A stretch of DNA of 64,000 bases, taken from positions 1 through 64,000 of the IMG/VR virus record IMGVR_UViG_3300009703_000010; one strand, written 5' to 3'. This DNA is from a virus. Made by a program: the position numbers and the translations under genes. The notes below the pieces were generated by a model. It saw only the letters and a list, made by a program, of their open reading frames with translations. It was not told the origin of the DNA and ran no database searches. This document shows, one piece after another, positions 37,879 through 46,016 of this stretch (within the stretch, counting starts at the first letter, position 1; each line of letters starts with the position of its first letter).

Positions 37879-38172
37879 TTATTGCTGCGTTCGATTGTAT
37901 TCTTGAGCGCAACCCATGTGCACCCATTGGCGATACTTCTTACCGCACGGTGTCTCCTTATCCAAAACAAAGGACAGGCGACTCTGCGTATGCGGATCTG
38001 CCAGCCGAGAATCGTATTCACAAAATGGACACTCTATGATCTCGGGCAACGGGACTTCATCATCGGGGACTTCATCATCAGTCATGGTTCGACCCCCTGT
38101 GCAATTTGCAGTAGCCTGACTTATGCGAAGTGCGTTGCTTACAGCGAACCCTAAATCCATACCCCGCTCCAC
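37879..38172 (-). CDS. small zinc-ribbon protein
   Basis: It is a 97-aa ORF with CPFCEY...CGKKY. The start may be the internal MTDDEVP. Confidence 0.4.
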   Translation of the reverse strand: MERGMDLGFAVSNALRISQATANCTGGRTMTDDEVPDDEVPLPEIIECPFCEYDSRLADPHTQSRLSFVLDKETPCGKKYRQWVHMGCAQEYNRTQQ

Positions 38173-38372
38173 GCCGAGAGCATGGTGAGAACTTCTCTTG
38201 CTTACACCGCTTCTTATGGGTCATATCGGTCGCCTCCCAAACGACATTCGCAATTCTGTATCTCCCGTTCGATGCGGAGACCGACCGCGACGGAAGTAAA
38301 CCAATTCATCGACATATATCCATCCATCTTCAATGATGGTAGTGAGAATGAAATAATTGTAAATAGATCTTG

Positions 38373-38528
38373 TCACACGCTCGCCTCCCATAGCAACAGG
38401 GCATTAGCGACCCCGATGCAAATCAATGCAGCCGAGATACGCCAATTACGGGTCTCGAGGAAAGTGATTATACCCGCGAGCACGAATAGCAGGCAGGCGA
38501 GAACCATGATCCACTCACTCGGAGTCAT
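38373..38528 (-). CDS. small two-TM membrane protein (51 aa, not in the ORF track)
   Basis: Hand translation gives MTPSEWIMVLACLLFVLAGIITFLETRNWRISAALICIGVANALLLWEASV. Its ATG overlaps the upstream stop (ATGA). Confidence 0.5.
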   Translation of the reverse strand: MTPSEWIMVLACLLFVLAGIITFLETRNWRISAALICIGVANALLLWEASV

Positions 38529-38665
38529 GCCCGCATTCTCCCAGCAACGCAAGTCTTGCAGTAGTCCGGATCACAAATGCTCTGCGGGGCGGTTCCCTTC
38601 ACATTCCCATCTCGACTGAGCGGACGGTTGCACCCTCGACACAATTTGCTATCAAATAGACTCAT
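38525..38665 (-). CDS. small zinc-ribbon protein (46 aa, not in the ORF track)
   Basis: Hand translation gives MSLFDSKLCRGCNRPLSRDGNVKGTAPQSICDPDYCKTCVAGRMRA. It has ATGA overlaps at both ends. Confidence 0.45.
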   Translation of the reverse strand: MSLFDSKLCRGCNRPLSRDGNVKGTAPQSICDPDYCKTCVAGRMRA

Positions 38666-38985
38666 ACAGTAAAGCCTCCTTCGTCTTCTTCCGTATGTTC
38701 TCGAATCTGATCAACCCACGATTGAGTCGCCTGCATTAACTCTTGCAAATGCCCAATGCGAGCAAGGAAACCTCCAATCTCATGAGCCGGCCCCACAACG
38801 AGGTGATCGGGTCCATGTCCAAGAGTGGCGACAACAATGGTGTCCGGCACGATAGTTCCATATTGGAGACGGATGTAAATCTCTCTCCCAATGTCTTCGG
38901 TTCTCCACCCACCTTCAGGAATTGGCGTTGGTTCAGGCACTATCCATTCAGGGTCTATGTTGTTCTTATCATTTACTTCGGTCAT
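38662..38985 (-). CDS. hypothetical acidic protein
   Basis: It is a 107-aa ORF and the first gene after the long non-coding block. Confidence 0.5.
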   Translation of the reverse strand: MTEVNDKNNIDPEWIVPEPTPIPEGGWRTEDIGREIYIRLQYGTIVPDTIVVATLGHGPDHLVVGPAHEIGGFLARIGHLQELMQATQSWVDQIREHTEEDEGGFTV

Positions 38986-38989
38986 GTTT

Positions 38990-40700
38990 GACGGTCTCAG
39001 TGACTATCTATGAACCCGCCGTGATGCCCCCAAGTAAACGCCGATGCTAAATCCATCGAGCGCATTCGCGGACAGTCCTTCGTGGATATCCAAACGTCAT
39101 GAAGACTCGGGGACTCGCTTCGAAGAATGAATTGAGGTTAGGGCACCGGTGCCGATCCCCCATGTTACCTCAAAGGGGTGTCCCCCTTACCGGTATGTTG
39201 TTGTGAAATAATTGGTAATGTAATAGAAGAAGGACTCGATATCAAACGGGGACCGGAGACGGGGTGCTGCGCTTGCGGACTCGATGTGAATATCCATTTT
39301 CTGTCAGACGGCATACAAAAAAACGAGACTCAGATTTTGAGGATAGTGGATGGCGGCGGCGGCGCGCCGATGGTGCTGGCTCGACACGGCGGGGGGTCCC
39401 CACCCTCTCGGACTCTCCATGATACCGAACAATTTTCTTTACTCCCCCAGCACCGTGCTGCACATGATCACGAACTCTCTCGCGCCCCTCTGATGTGTCC
39501 ATACAAACGACCCCCCCGTGCTTGCTTTGCAGCCCAGCCCAGCAGCCATGTCAATTCTTCCTTGATTATCCCACTCGCTTGAGATCAGACGGAAATATGT
39601 GCAGAAAAAAGGATTGTCTAAACGCTATACTGCTCGCACGTTTTTTGTGGGCCAATCCTGACAACTCTGTGAAACTCGAGGGGGGTGATATCCCCACTCC
39701 CCCATCCCCCCCCTCCCTCGTGCTGCACGTTGTTGTGAGGACTCGCTAAAATCAGCCAAAATCGCATATCACGTAAACAACGTATCGACACGTAGCCGAC
39801 GTTGTTGTGTAGACTTTGTGATGCGCCCCTATTATTGGAACCACGTAAACATCGTCGACTACGTGCTGGTCCGTTGTTGTGATCGTTTACGACCCAGCCC
39901 AGCAGCCCAGCCCAGCCCAGCCATACAGTAGCCGTAGACGCCCCCTGCTGCGATTGTTCAGCACTGGTGGGTTAATCCCCCCCCTCTGACAGAAACCGCC
40001 CTTAGATGCGCTCTATTCCATCCTGTTCCCGAGTTGCCTGATCGCCGTGATGGATCGCGTCAGACGTCAATATCGGACCCGGCCGTTTTGTCATTGACAA
40101 ACGCTGCACTGCTCGCTCGGACCCGCTTATCGTCGCTTGATCGTTGGTCCACAATCACCCGGCCAAAATGTCATTCACGCATCGCTGGATCCCCGGCCTA
40201 AACGCTGCACTGCGGCCTCGTCACATTTCCGATTTATGTATCCGATAGTCGCAACCTCATGCAAACCATCACAACCATCGACAACCTCGTGCGCACGTGG
40301 ACCAACGAGGCCATCGAGATTTGAGTCAGCGACTCATAGGAGCGGAGCCCCTGTTGGGGCGGGCGCCGGGACCTGTATCCACCATTTCTGTCATATGGGA
40401 TTTGCCGATTTCTGCGAATGCTATGGTTACCGCTCAGATTCATTGTCAGACACACCATAGTCTTCGGGTTATCAGCACAATGCCTCGTAACGCCTCCTAT
40501 ACCGTCCGTATACGCTCTGAATTGCATTGGATGGACTCCAACCCCACTTCCTGATGAATCGCCGTAAATCGCAGCAAATACACCGGCTCTGAAACGTGCA
40601 TATCCGACTTTACTCAATGGCCTACTTTTTGACCATAGGTTGTGGCCGTGTTTTCATGGCAACCTTGCCATCAAATCGGGCTCACAAATTATGAGAGAGC
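38990..40700. other. 1.7-kb repeat-rich non-coding block (candidate replication origin, packaging site or regulatory hub)
   Basis: It holds no convincing ORF. CGTTGTTGTGA occurs 4 times, TAAACGCTRYACTGC 3 times and CCCAGCCCAGCAGCC twice. CACGTAAACA repeats are present, there is a direct repeat of about 45 bp at 40078 and 40158, and C/G homopolymer runs are frequent. Confidence 0.6.
39931..40013 (+). repeat. dispersed intergenic repeat, copy B (core TGACAG at 39987-39992)
   Basis: GCCCCCTGCTGCG...CTGGTGGGTTAATCCCCCCCCTCTGACAGAAACCGCCCTTAGATGCGC aligns with copies C, A and D. Confidence 0.65.
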
Positions 40701-40703
40701 GGT

Positions 40704-41393
40704 TTACTCGGTTCCCGGAGACCATAGAATATCTGATATCGGGCAATTGTCCATCCAATGATCGGTGTCCGGTATGAGTGCGCTTGCAAACATGATTGCT
40801 GTCTCGTGGGGTTGTCCGTTATCGAGACTCTTTTGGATATCATCCCATGCTCTCGACTTGGTGATGATTGAGTTCAGGTCTTCGAATGTTAGATCATAAG
40901 TCTCAAGCAAACCGGACAGGCAGTCCAATGCGAGAATAGCCGGGTGCCGGTTGTTGCTGTCCTTCTCAACGACAATTGCTGCCTTCTGAAAGTCTCCCTT
41001 CTCCCACCGCTCATCGATTTGTGCTTGGTGACTTTCGTATCCATCCGCTTCGGCCTGTGCTTGCAGGGTTGCAGCCATCTCTGCGAACTTAACATCCATC
41101 TCCTTGCGCTGTTCATCCATCTCCTTGCGCTGTTGCTTCTCTTCAGGGGTTCTCTCGGCTTCTCGCTCCGCCTGTCTCTCAGGGCTATTCCAATCGGGGT
41201 CTCTCTCGGCGTGCTCTCGCATCATCTTAGTAAGGGCACGGTCTCGCTTCTTGCTCCCTTGATTCTCGATGAAGTGTATCGCCCCGCAAGTCGTGCAGAC
41301 TCGGTGGGTGATCCGCTCGGTTCGGCCATCTCTCTCTTTTATCGCTCGCAGGTGGGTGCCTTCGCATCGCCTGCACTGGTATACTTTCATCAT
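40704..41393 (-). CDS. zinc-ribbon plus coiled-coil protein
   Basis: It is 229 aa with an N-terminal CRRCEG...CTTCG and an E/K/R/Q-rich coiled-coil middle. Confidence 0.5.
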   Translation of the reverse strand: MMKVYQCRRCEGTHLRAIKERDGRTERITHRVCTTCGAIHFIENQGSKKRDRALTKMMREHAERDPDWNSPERQAEREAERTPEEKQQRKEMDEQRKEMDVKFAEMAATLQAQAEADGYESHQAQIDERWEKGDFQKAAIVVEKDSNNRHPAILALDCLSGLLETYDLTFEDLNSIITKSRAWDDIQKSLDNGQPHETAIMFASALIPDTDHWMDNCPISDILWSPGTE

Positions 41394-41562
41394 CTCTCAT
41401 TCCTCATTGGTGGTGTCTGATCTAACATCGGATTTGAAGTCGCCTTGACTCCCCATATCGCCCCACATTTCGCCAGCACCTACAGTATGTCTGAAAGCGG
41501 TGACACTTATGAACCCACCCGAATCGGCATCCTTGCTCGTGGGGATTAGCGTTCAGTGACAG

Positions 41563-41652
41563 TTAACGCCCGTTTAAGCGGCCATAGCCGCGAGAGAATG
41601 GATTGGGGGTGTAAATCCCCCACCTGACAGAAAGCACCCGCTATGCGCAGGC
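41563..41652 (+). repeat. dispersed intergenic repeat, copy A (core TGACAG at 41625-41630)
   Basis: TTAACGCCCGTTTAAG, then hairpin GCGGC-CATA-GCCGC, GAGAGAATGG, hairpin GGGGG-TGTAAAT-CCCCC, then ACCTGACAGAAAGC. Confidence 0.7.
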
Positions 41653-41664
41653 TATTGGGGCATT

Positions 41665-41790
41665 TCACGCCTTATGGTGGATCCGCCATTCCTTCGCTCG
41701 GCGGACGTGTTTGTAAAGACCCTGACGAGTCCGGAATCCTTTGCCGCAAATGCAATAGTGAAGGTCTGAATCATGTTGTGGTGGACTCAT
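41665..41790 (-). CDS. stand-alone C2H2 zinc-finger mini-protein (41 aa, not in the ORF track)
   Basis: Hand translation gives MSPPQHDSDLHYCICGKGFRTRQGLYKHVRRAKEWRIHHKA. Its ATG overlaps the upstream stop (ATGA). Confidence 0.5.
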   Translation of the reverse strand: MSPPQHDSDLHYCICGKGFRTRQGLYKHVRRAKEWRIHHKA

Positions 41791-42059
41791 TGTTTCATCT
41801 CCTTATCTTGCTGGCGCATTTGGTGCGGGTGAATCCAATAAACGACCCACTTCCACGAAGGGGTGCGTGAGCCTCCCCTACATCGCACTTTGAAGCACTT
41901 GACTATCGCTTCGGGATATCGCACAGCATAGTGAGCGCAGACACTTAGGGTAAGTTCCTTCGATGAATTGACGGTGCCACTAATCTGCTGAAGCCAATAA
42001 TCCCCAACCTTGCGGAACCGGCGGCATCCATGAACCCTGTCTGTTTTGTATCCCTTCAT
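41787..42059 (-). CDS. hypothetical basic protein
   Basis: It is a 90-aa ORF. Confidence 0.45.
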   Translation of the reverse strand: MKGYKTDRVHGCRRFRKVGDYWLQQISGTVNSSKELTLSVCAHYAVRYPEAIVKCFKVRCRGGSRTPSWKWVVYWIHPHQMRQQDKEMKQ

Positions 42060-42072
42060 CTGTATCTCTCCT

Positions 42073-42855
42073 TCATTGGTGGTTCTTCTTCATGTGATTG
42101 TATCGGCCCTGTCGGCTGCCGTATTCCTTGCCGCAATGCTCGCAGACGAACTTGCCTGCTGTGGGCTTGCTGATTGTAACGACCTTCTTCGGGGTGTGGG
42201 TGCCTGCAATCATTGACTGTGCTGTCTCCATTGTCTGCTTGCTCATCTCCCATGCTTCCTGCTCCCACGGCCAGTTTCGGTAAGTCTCCCATGTGTGGGT
42301 TTTGTTCTTGATTGTTACCTCGTCTGTGTAAGATCGGTGACCATCAGTTCCATCCCACTCGCCGGAGAAAGTGTAAACCCACTTCTGTCCGTTGTAGCGG
42401 GTGTGGCATCGGCCGCTGCTGAATTGGTCGACATGAATCATCTCGTGCGCAAGTGTCTCTCTCCACTGCGCCTGCTCCCGTGCTATTTTGTTCTCTTCGC
42501 CCTGAACTCCTGCTCGCCAATCACCGTATGCTTTTGCTCGGTTCTGTGCGTCCTTGATTCGAACCCAAAAGTTGCGGTTGAGGGCAACCCAATGGTCGGC
42601 GCCATCGCCTCTCCATTGATTCTTGATTTGTCGGTGGGTGCCGCGTGTTCGGCGACCGGGTCCGAAGCAACCCATGTTGGTCGCTTCCTTACCACCGAGA
42701 TAGAAATTGATACGAATACCGGCGGGCAAATCGAGGAGTTCTGTGAGGACTTTGACCTGTTCCATGACCTCTTTTCGGGCTACTGCTCCCACGTGTGACT
42801 GCACTTTGAGGACCTGTCCCTTGCTGGTGATATGTGTTTCCGCTGTTTTCGCCAT
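42073..42855 (-). CDS. SprT-like metalloprotease with a C-terminal C2H2 zinc finger
   Basis: It has the HExxH motif LAHEMIHVDQF and ends in CEHCGKEYGSRQGRYNHMKKNH. Confidence 0.6.
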   Translation of the reverse strand: MAKTAETHITSKGQVLKVQSHVGAVARKEVMEQVKVLTELLDLPAGIRINFYLGGKEATNMGCFGPGRRTRGTHRQIKNQWRGDGADHWVALNRNFWVRIKDAQNRAKAYGDWRAGVQGEENKIAREQAQWRETLAHEMIHVDQFSSGRCHTRYNGQKWVYTFSGEWDGTDGHRSYTDEVTIKNKTHTWETYRNWPWEQEAWEMSKQTMETAQSMIAGTHTPKKVVTISKPTAGKFVCEHCGKEYGSRQGRYNHMKKNHQ

Positions 42856-42916
42856 GACCCTACGAGGGGTCTGTCCTATATGAACTGTAGTTAAGTGTCA
42901 GTCTCGTAGTCGCCTG

Positions 42917-43777
42917 TTAGGAGCCATCCTTCAATTTGCCCCTTTCGTGCCGGAAATATCCCTCATTCTCTGTTTTCATGGGTAAATCATCGAAAATACG
43001 TCCCCATGCCCGATCCTGAATTGGTGTTGCTTCCCTTTCGAGTGAAAGAGGTTCAGTTTTCATAATGGACTTCCAATGCTCCATAGCACCGGGCGCAATA
43101 TCATTCATCACAGCCAACCGTCCAATACTTCGTGCCACCTCATATACAGTTCCGGATCCGGCCATGAGGTCACCTACCACATCTCCCTCATTGGTTGATG
43201 CAACAATACAACGTCGAACCAATTCAACAGGTAATTGATTTGCCCATTCCCTGAAACCCACTGATACGTTTTTTCGCATATTGATCTCCCACCAATCATA
43301 CGAGTTCCGACCCGAAGACCCGTTGCCGATTCTCTTGAGAATGCGCTTACAATCTGCATTCTTGTAGTCCTCCTTTATTCTGTCCACAAAGAACTCTGCA
43401 TCGCCACGAACGAGCCAAAGCACTGCCCGTGTTGCTGTCGTGAACCGGGCCTCGGTAATTCCAATGTTGGATGGGTATACCCATGATATCCACTGGTGGA
43501 ATGTCCATCCTGCCCGTTCAAGGGCGGGAAGCAATCTCGCGGTTTGCTCAGGATAGTTAATCATGAACAAAGAACCATCGGGGGTGCTTTCCGCCATCTT
43601 TCGTGCACACGCCTCCATCTGCTCTTCATACTCTTCGAATGAAAGGGAATCAGTGATGGTCTCATATCCAACATAGCCAATGTTGTAAGGCGGATCGAAA
43701 ATCCACGTTTTCACATTGTGCTCACATTTGAACTCAAGTGCGTCGCCAATAACTGCCTGCAAGAGTTCTGTGTTCAT
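42917..43777 (-). CDS. DNA methyltransferase (N6-adenine or N4-cytosine, beta class)
   Basis: DPPYNIGY (motif IV) lies near the N-terminus and MAGSGTVYEVA (motif I) near the C-terminus. Confidence 0.8.
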   Translation of the reverse strand: MNTELLQAVIGDALEFKCEHNVKTWIFDPPYNIGYVGYETITDSLSFEEYEEQMEACARKMAESTPDGSLFMINYPEQTARLLPALERAGWTFHQWISWVYPSNIGITEARFTTATRAVLWLVRGDAEFFVDRIKEDYKNADCKRILKRIGNGSSGRNSYDWWEINMRKNVSVGFREWANQLPVELVRRCIVASTNEGDVVGDLMAGSGTVYEVARSIGRLAVMNDIAPGAMEHWKSIMKTEPLSLEREATPIQDRAWGRIFDDLPMKTENEGYFRHERGKLKDGS

Positions 43778-43895
43778 TCTTCTTCCTCGACAATAGGCTC
43801 ACCGGCGGTTAATGGCTCACCACCCATGATACAAACTGCACACTTCCTAAATCCCCTGCGTGCCATACGATGGCATTTCCTGACAACGCATAGCC

Positions 43896-44606
43896 TCATT
43901 CTTCTTCATCCCCAAAGCCCTCATCCGCGATAACCTCGACATCGATTACTTCTTGCCCCTTTCGGACTTCTTCTTGGACAACCCTGCGCATTTGCTCAAG
44001 GGGGTCATATGTAACATGAGCAACCACAGACACAGGAGGTGCCTTGGAGCCTGTAAATGAATCCATCTGATCTTGAACTTTCGAAAGTCCTGCAAGCATG
44101 AACGAGACCTGATTGAGTTGCGATACCGTCTGCGCCTCATCCATTGCTGTCGAGCATACTATTTCCATCATATCAATCACTCGCTTTCTCCGCATGTATG
44201 AATCGAGTCTCAACCATGCCTGATCCGTGAGTTCGGCTTTAGCCTTCACAATATGTTTCAGATCACCCCGTGCCGCAAGGGCTCGAGAACAAATGGTTCG
44301 GATTCGGTCTTCACTCATACTTTTTGTGATCAGGCGGTCTGAAAGTAAACGCTCTCGAATCTCCTTGACGGTCATTCCATCAAGTGAAAGGAGAGCAACC
44401 CATCGAACAACAGCATCGTCTTGCATTTCAGCATCGACCCGTTGAGCCAAAGCCGCTTCGGCTTCTTCTTGGTCATGGCTGCTCATGACCGCCATCCCCG
44501 CCATCCCCGCCTTCAAATCGTTCCTCAAGCACCCTGACACGCTCGCATAAATCCTCAAAGTCTGTTTCATGGGCATCGATAGCCCGAGAGAGGTTAGAGA
44601 GGTCAA
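43896..44606 (-). CDS. hypothetical HTH-containing protein (start uncertain, probably near 44486-44504)
   Basis: It is a 236-aa ORF. GMTVKEIRERLLSD is HTH-like. The first roughly 35 codons overlap the preceding small gene. Confidence 0.45.
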   Translation of the reverse strand: MTSLTSLGLSMPMKQTLRIYASVSGCLRNDLKAGMAGMAVMSSHDQEEAEAALAQRVDAEMQDDAVVRWVALLSLDGMTVKEIRERLLSDRLITKSMSEDRIRTICSRALAARGDLKHIVKAKAELTDQAWLRLDSYMRRKRVIDMMEIVCSTAMDEAQTVSQLNQVSFMLAGLSKVQDQMDSFTGSKAPPVSVVAHVTYDPLEQMRRVVQEEVRKGQEVIDVEVIADEGFGDEEE

Positions 44607-44667
44607 ACATCATGCCGGGCGCATTATCCATTGCGCGGGCAATATCATTGAATGCCTCATCCAACAT
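44473..44667 (-). CDS. small acidic coiled-coil protein
   Basis: ORF 44473..44844 is trimmed to MLDEAFNDIARAM. The upstream part overlaps 44687..45265 in another frame. Confidence 0.4.
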   Translation of the reverse strand: MLDEAFNDIARAMDNAPGMMFDLSNLSRAIDAHETDFEDLCERVRVLEERFEGGDGGDGGHEQP

Positions 44668-44686
44668 GGTCTTCAATTTCTGTAAG

Positions 44687-45265
44687 TTACTCTTCACTAT
44701 CGTCCCCCCCAACGAAGTCATCCAATGTGGGTTGTGGGGGCGCTTCATGTTGCATCGACATTGGACTGACGATTGCATTGGGTGCTTTACTATGCGATTC
44801 CTTCGCATCGGTATACTCTTGTCGCCATTGGTTGAGATTCGCAAGTGCGGCGTCGTATTGCTCGAGAACTTGAGGTCCCTGCACCATCAGCATAGATAGT
44901 GCTTCGTGCTCGCCCATGAGGGCGTTAAGGTAGTTGACTTCGGCCATACGCATACGCGCTTCGGGTAAGGATATTAGTTCGTCCTTCTGTCTCTCCATCG
45001 ATTCCTGAAAGCGGATGAATGGTTCGGCGGATGCCCGTTCTGATCTGATAGTCTCATACTTCACGCGGGCAGCCGAACCGGCATCTCTCAACCGGATGAA
45101 CTCCACCACCGCTGGATCGCCAGCCGGCAAGGTCTCCCGAATTGTTGGTTCCATGCCCGCAATGTATGTGGACAATTCATTCATGGCTGCCTGCGCTTCT
45201 TGCAGTGCAGCCTGTTCTAATGGTTTCATTCTGTTGATATCTGCTTGGGTTGGCATGGTTGTCAT
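44687..45265 (-). CDS. coiled-coil protein
   Basis: ORF 44687..45304 is trimmed to MTTMPTQ, whose ATG overlaps the upstream stop (ATGA). Confidence 0.5.
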   Translation of the reverse strand: MTTMPTQADINRMKPLEQAALQEAQAAMNELSTYIAGMEPTIRETLPAGDPAVVEFIRLRDAGSAARVKYETIRSERASAEPFIRFQESMERQKDELISLPEARMRMAEVNYLNALMGEHEALSMLMVQGPQVLEQYDAALANLNQWRQEYTDAKESHSKAPNAIVSPMSMQHEAPPQPTLDDFVGGDDSEE

Positions 45266-45501
45266 GGTTTCACGTCCTCGAGAATGGATTGAGCCTGCTT
45301 GCACTCATCACATTCCACATGGGTCGCTTCGACCTCCACCCTCTTGAAGTGGGTGGTATTCCCGGAGATGCCTTTTGCTACCAATCCGCACCGGGTTGCT
45401 ATTCGGTTTCCTTGACGGGTCGCTAAATGGAATGTCTCACCGTGCTTGATTACAATCTCCTCAATATCATCTCGTATCCGCAATAAGAACCCCCCCTTCA
45501 T
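45262..45501 (-). CDS. hypothetical protein
   Basis: It is a 79-aa ORF ending in CDECKQ. Confidence 0.4.
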   Translation of the reverse strand: MKGGFLLRIRDDIEEIVIKHGETFHLATRQGNRIATRCGLVAKGISGNTTHFKRVEVEATHVECDECKQAQSILEDVKP

Positions 45502-45754
45502 CGAAGTCGCATTCCCGATCTGCGTGAACCCATGTCATCATTTCATACCCAGCGCGACTGAGCATCCCACTGACCTGCGTATGACCGAACTGAATAAACT
45601 CGGGGCGTTTGGATAAGACATTGCTAAGTTGGTGCATTGTGGAACCATGACGCATTCGTGTGTTTACATGGTCAAGGATTTGTCGGGTGGTGAGAGGGCA
45701 ATCTGTCTCCTTCAAGTGGGTTGAGATTACACCTGCAAGGCGCACTGTCTTCAT
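45467..45754 (-). CDS. winged-helix DNA-binding protein (paralogue of 58412..58750)
   Basis: TTRQILDHV...MHQLSNVLSKRPEFIQFG compares with TTEGIHAAT...MQQLSNHLSKKPQFTRIG in the other copy. Confidence 0.5.
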   Translation of the reverse strand: MKTVRLAGVISTHLKETDCPLTTRQILDHVNTRMRHGSTMHQLSNVLSKRPEFIQFGHTQVSGMLSRAGYEMMTWVHADRECDFDEGGVLIADTR

Positions 45755-45799
45755 AGTTTCTCGAGGGGGAGGTATGGTAGATAAACGGAAGTGATGCTC

Positions 45800-46003
45800 T
45801 CAATGCTTACGGTTGCGCTTACGGTTGCGCTTACGGTTGCGCTCGTTTCTACTCCACCAATGTTTGAGTCCCGCCCAACCACCCATGAAGAGAATAATGT
45901 AGAACAGACATTCAACCGCAAGAGCAGCAAATAACAAATCGCCGCTTGCGCACGTTTCCGATTCCCCGAACTTAATACATAGTGGATCTGTTATATTCGG
46001 CAA
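45800..46003 (-). CDS. small membrane protein with a basic (RNRK)n tail
   Basis: It is 67 aa with a hydrophobic core (LLFAALAVECLFYIILFMGGWAGL) and the C-terminal tail RNRKRNRKRNRKH. Confidence 0.5.
   Translation of the reverse strand: MPNITDPLCIKFGESETCASGDLLFAALAVECLFYIILFMGGWAGLKHWWSRNERNRKRNRKRNRKH
45805..45840. repeat. 12-bp tandem repeat GCTTACGGTTGC x3
   Basis: Direct reading. It encodes the RNRK repeats of 45800..46003. Confidence 0.9.
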
Positions 46004-46016
46004 GTGTATCCCTCAG

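Noticed and set aside
39178-40617. ORFs 39178..39582, 40137..40460 and 40234..40617 inside the 1.7-kb block considered as real genes.
   Set aside because: Their translations are Arg/Pro/Cys/His/Ser-rich, unlike the acidic proteome. They are built across iterons and homopolymer runs, are not coupled to neighbours, and overlap each other on opposite strands.
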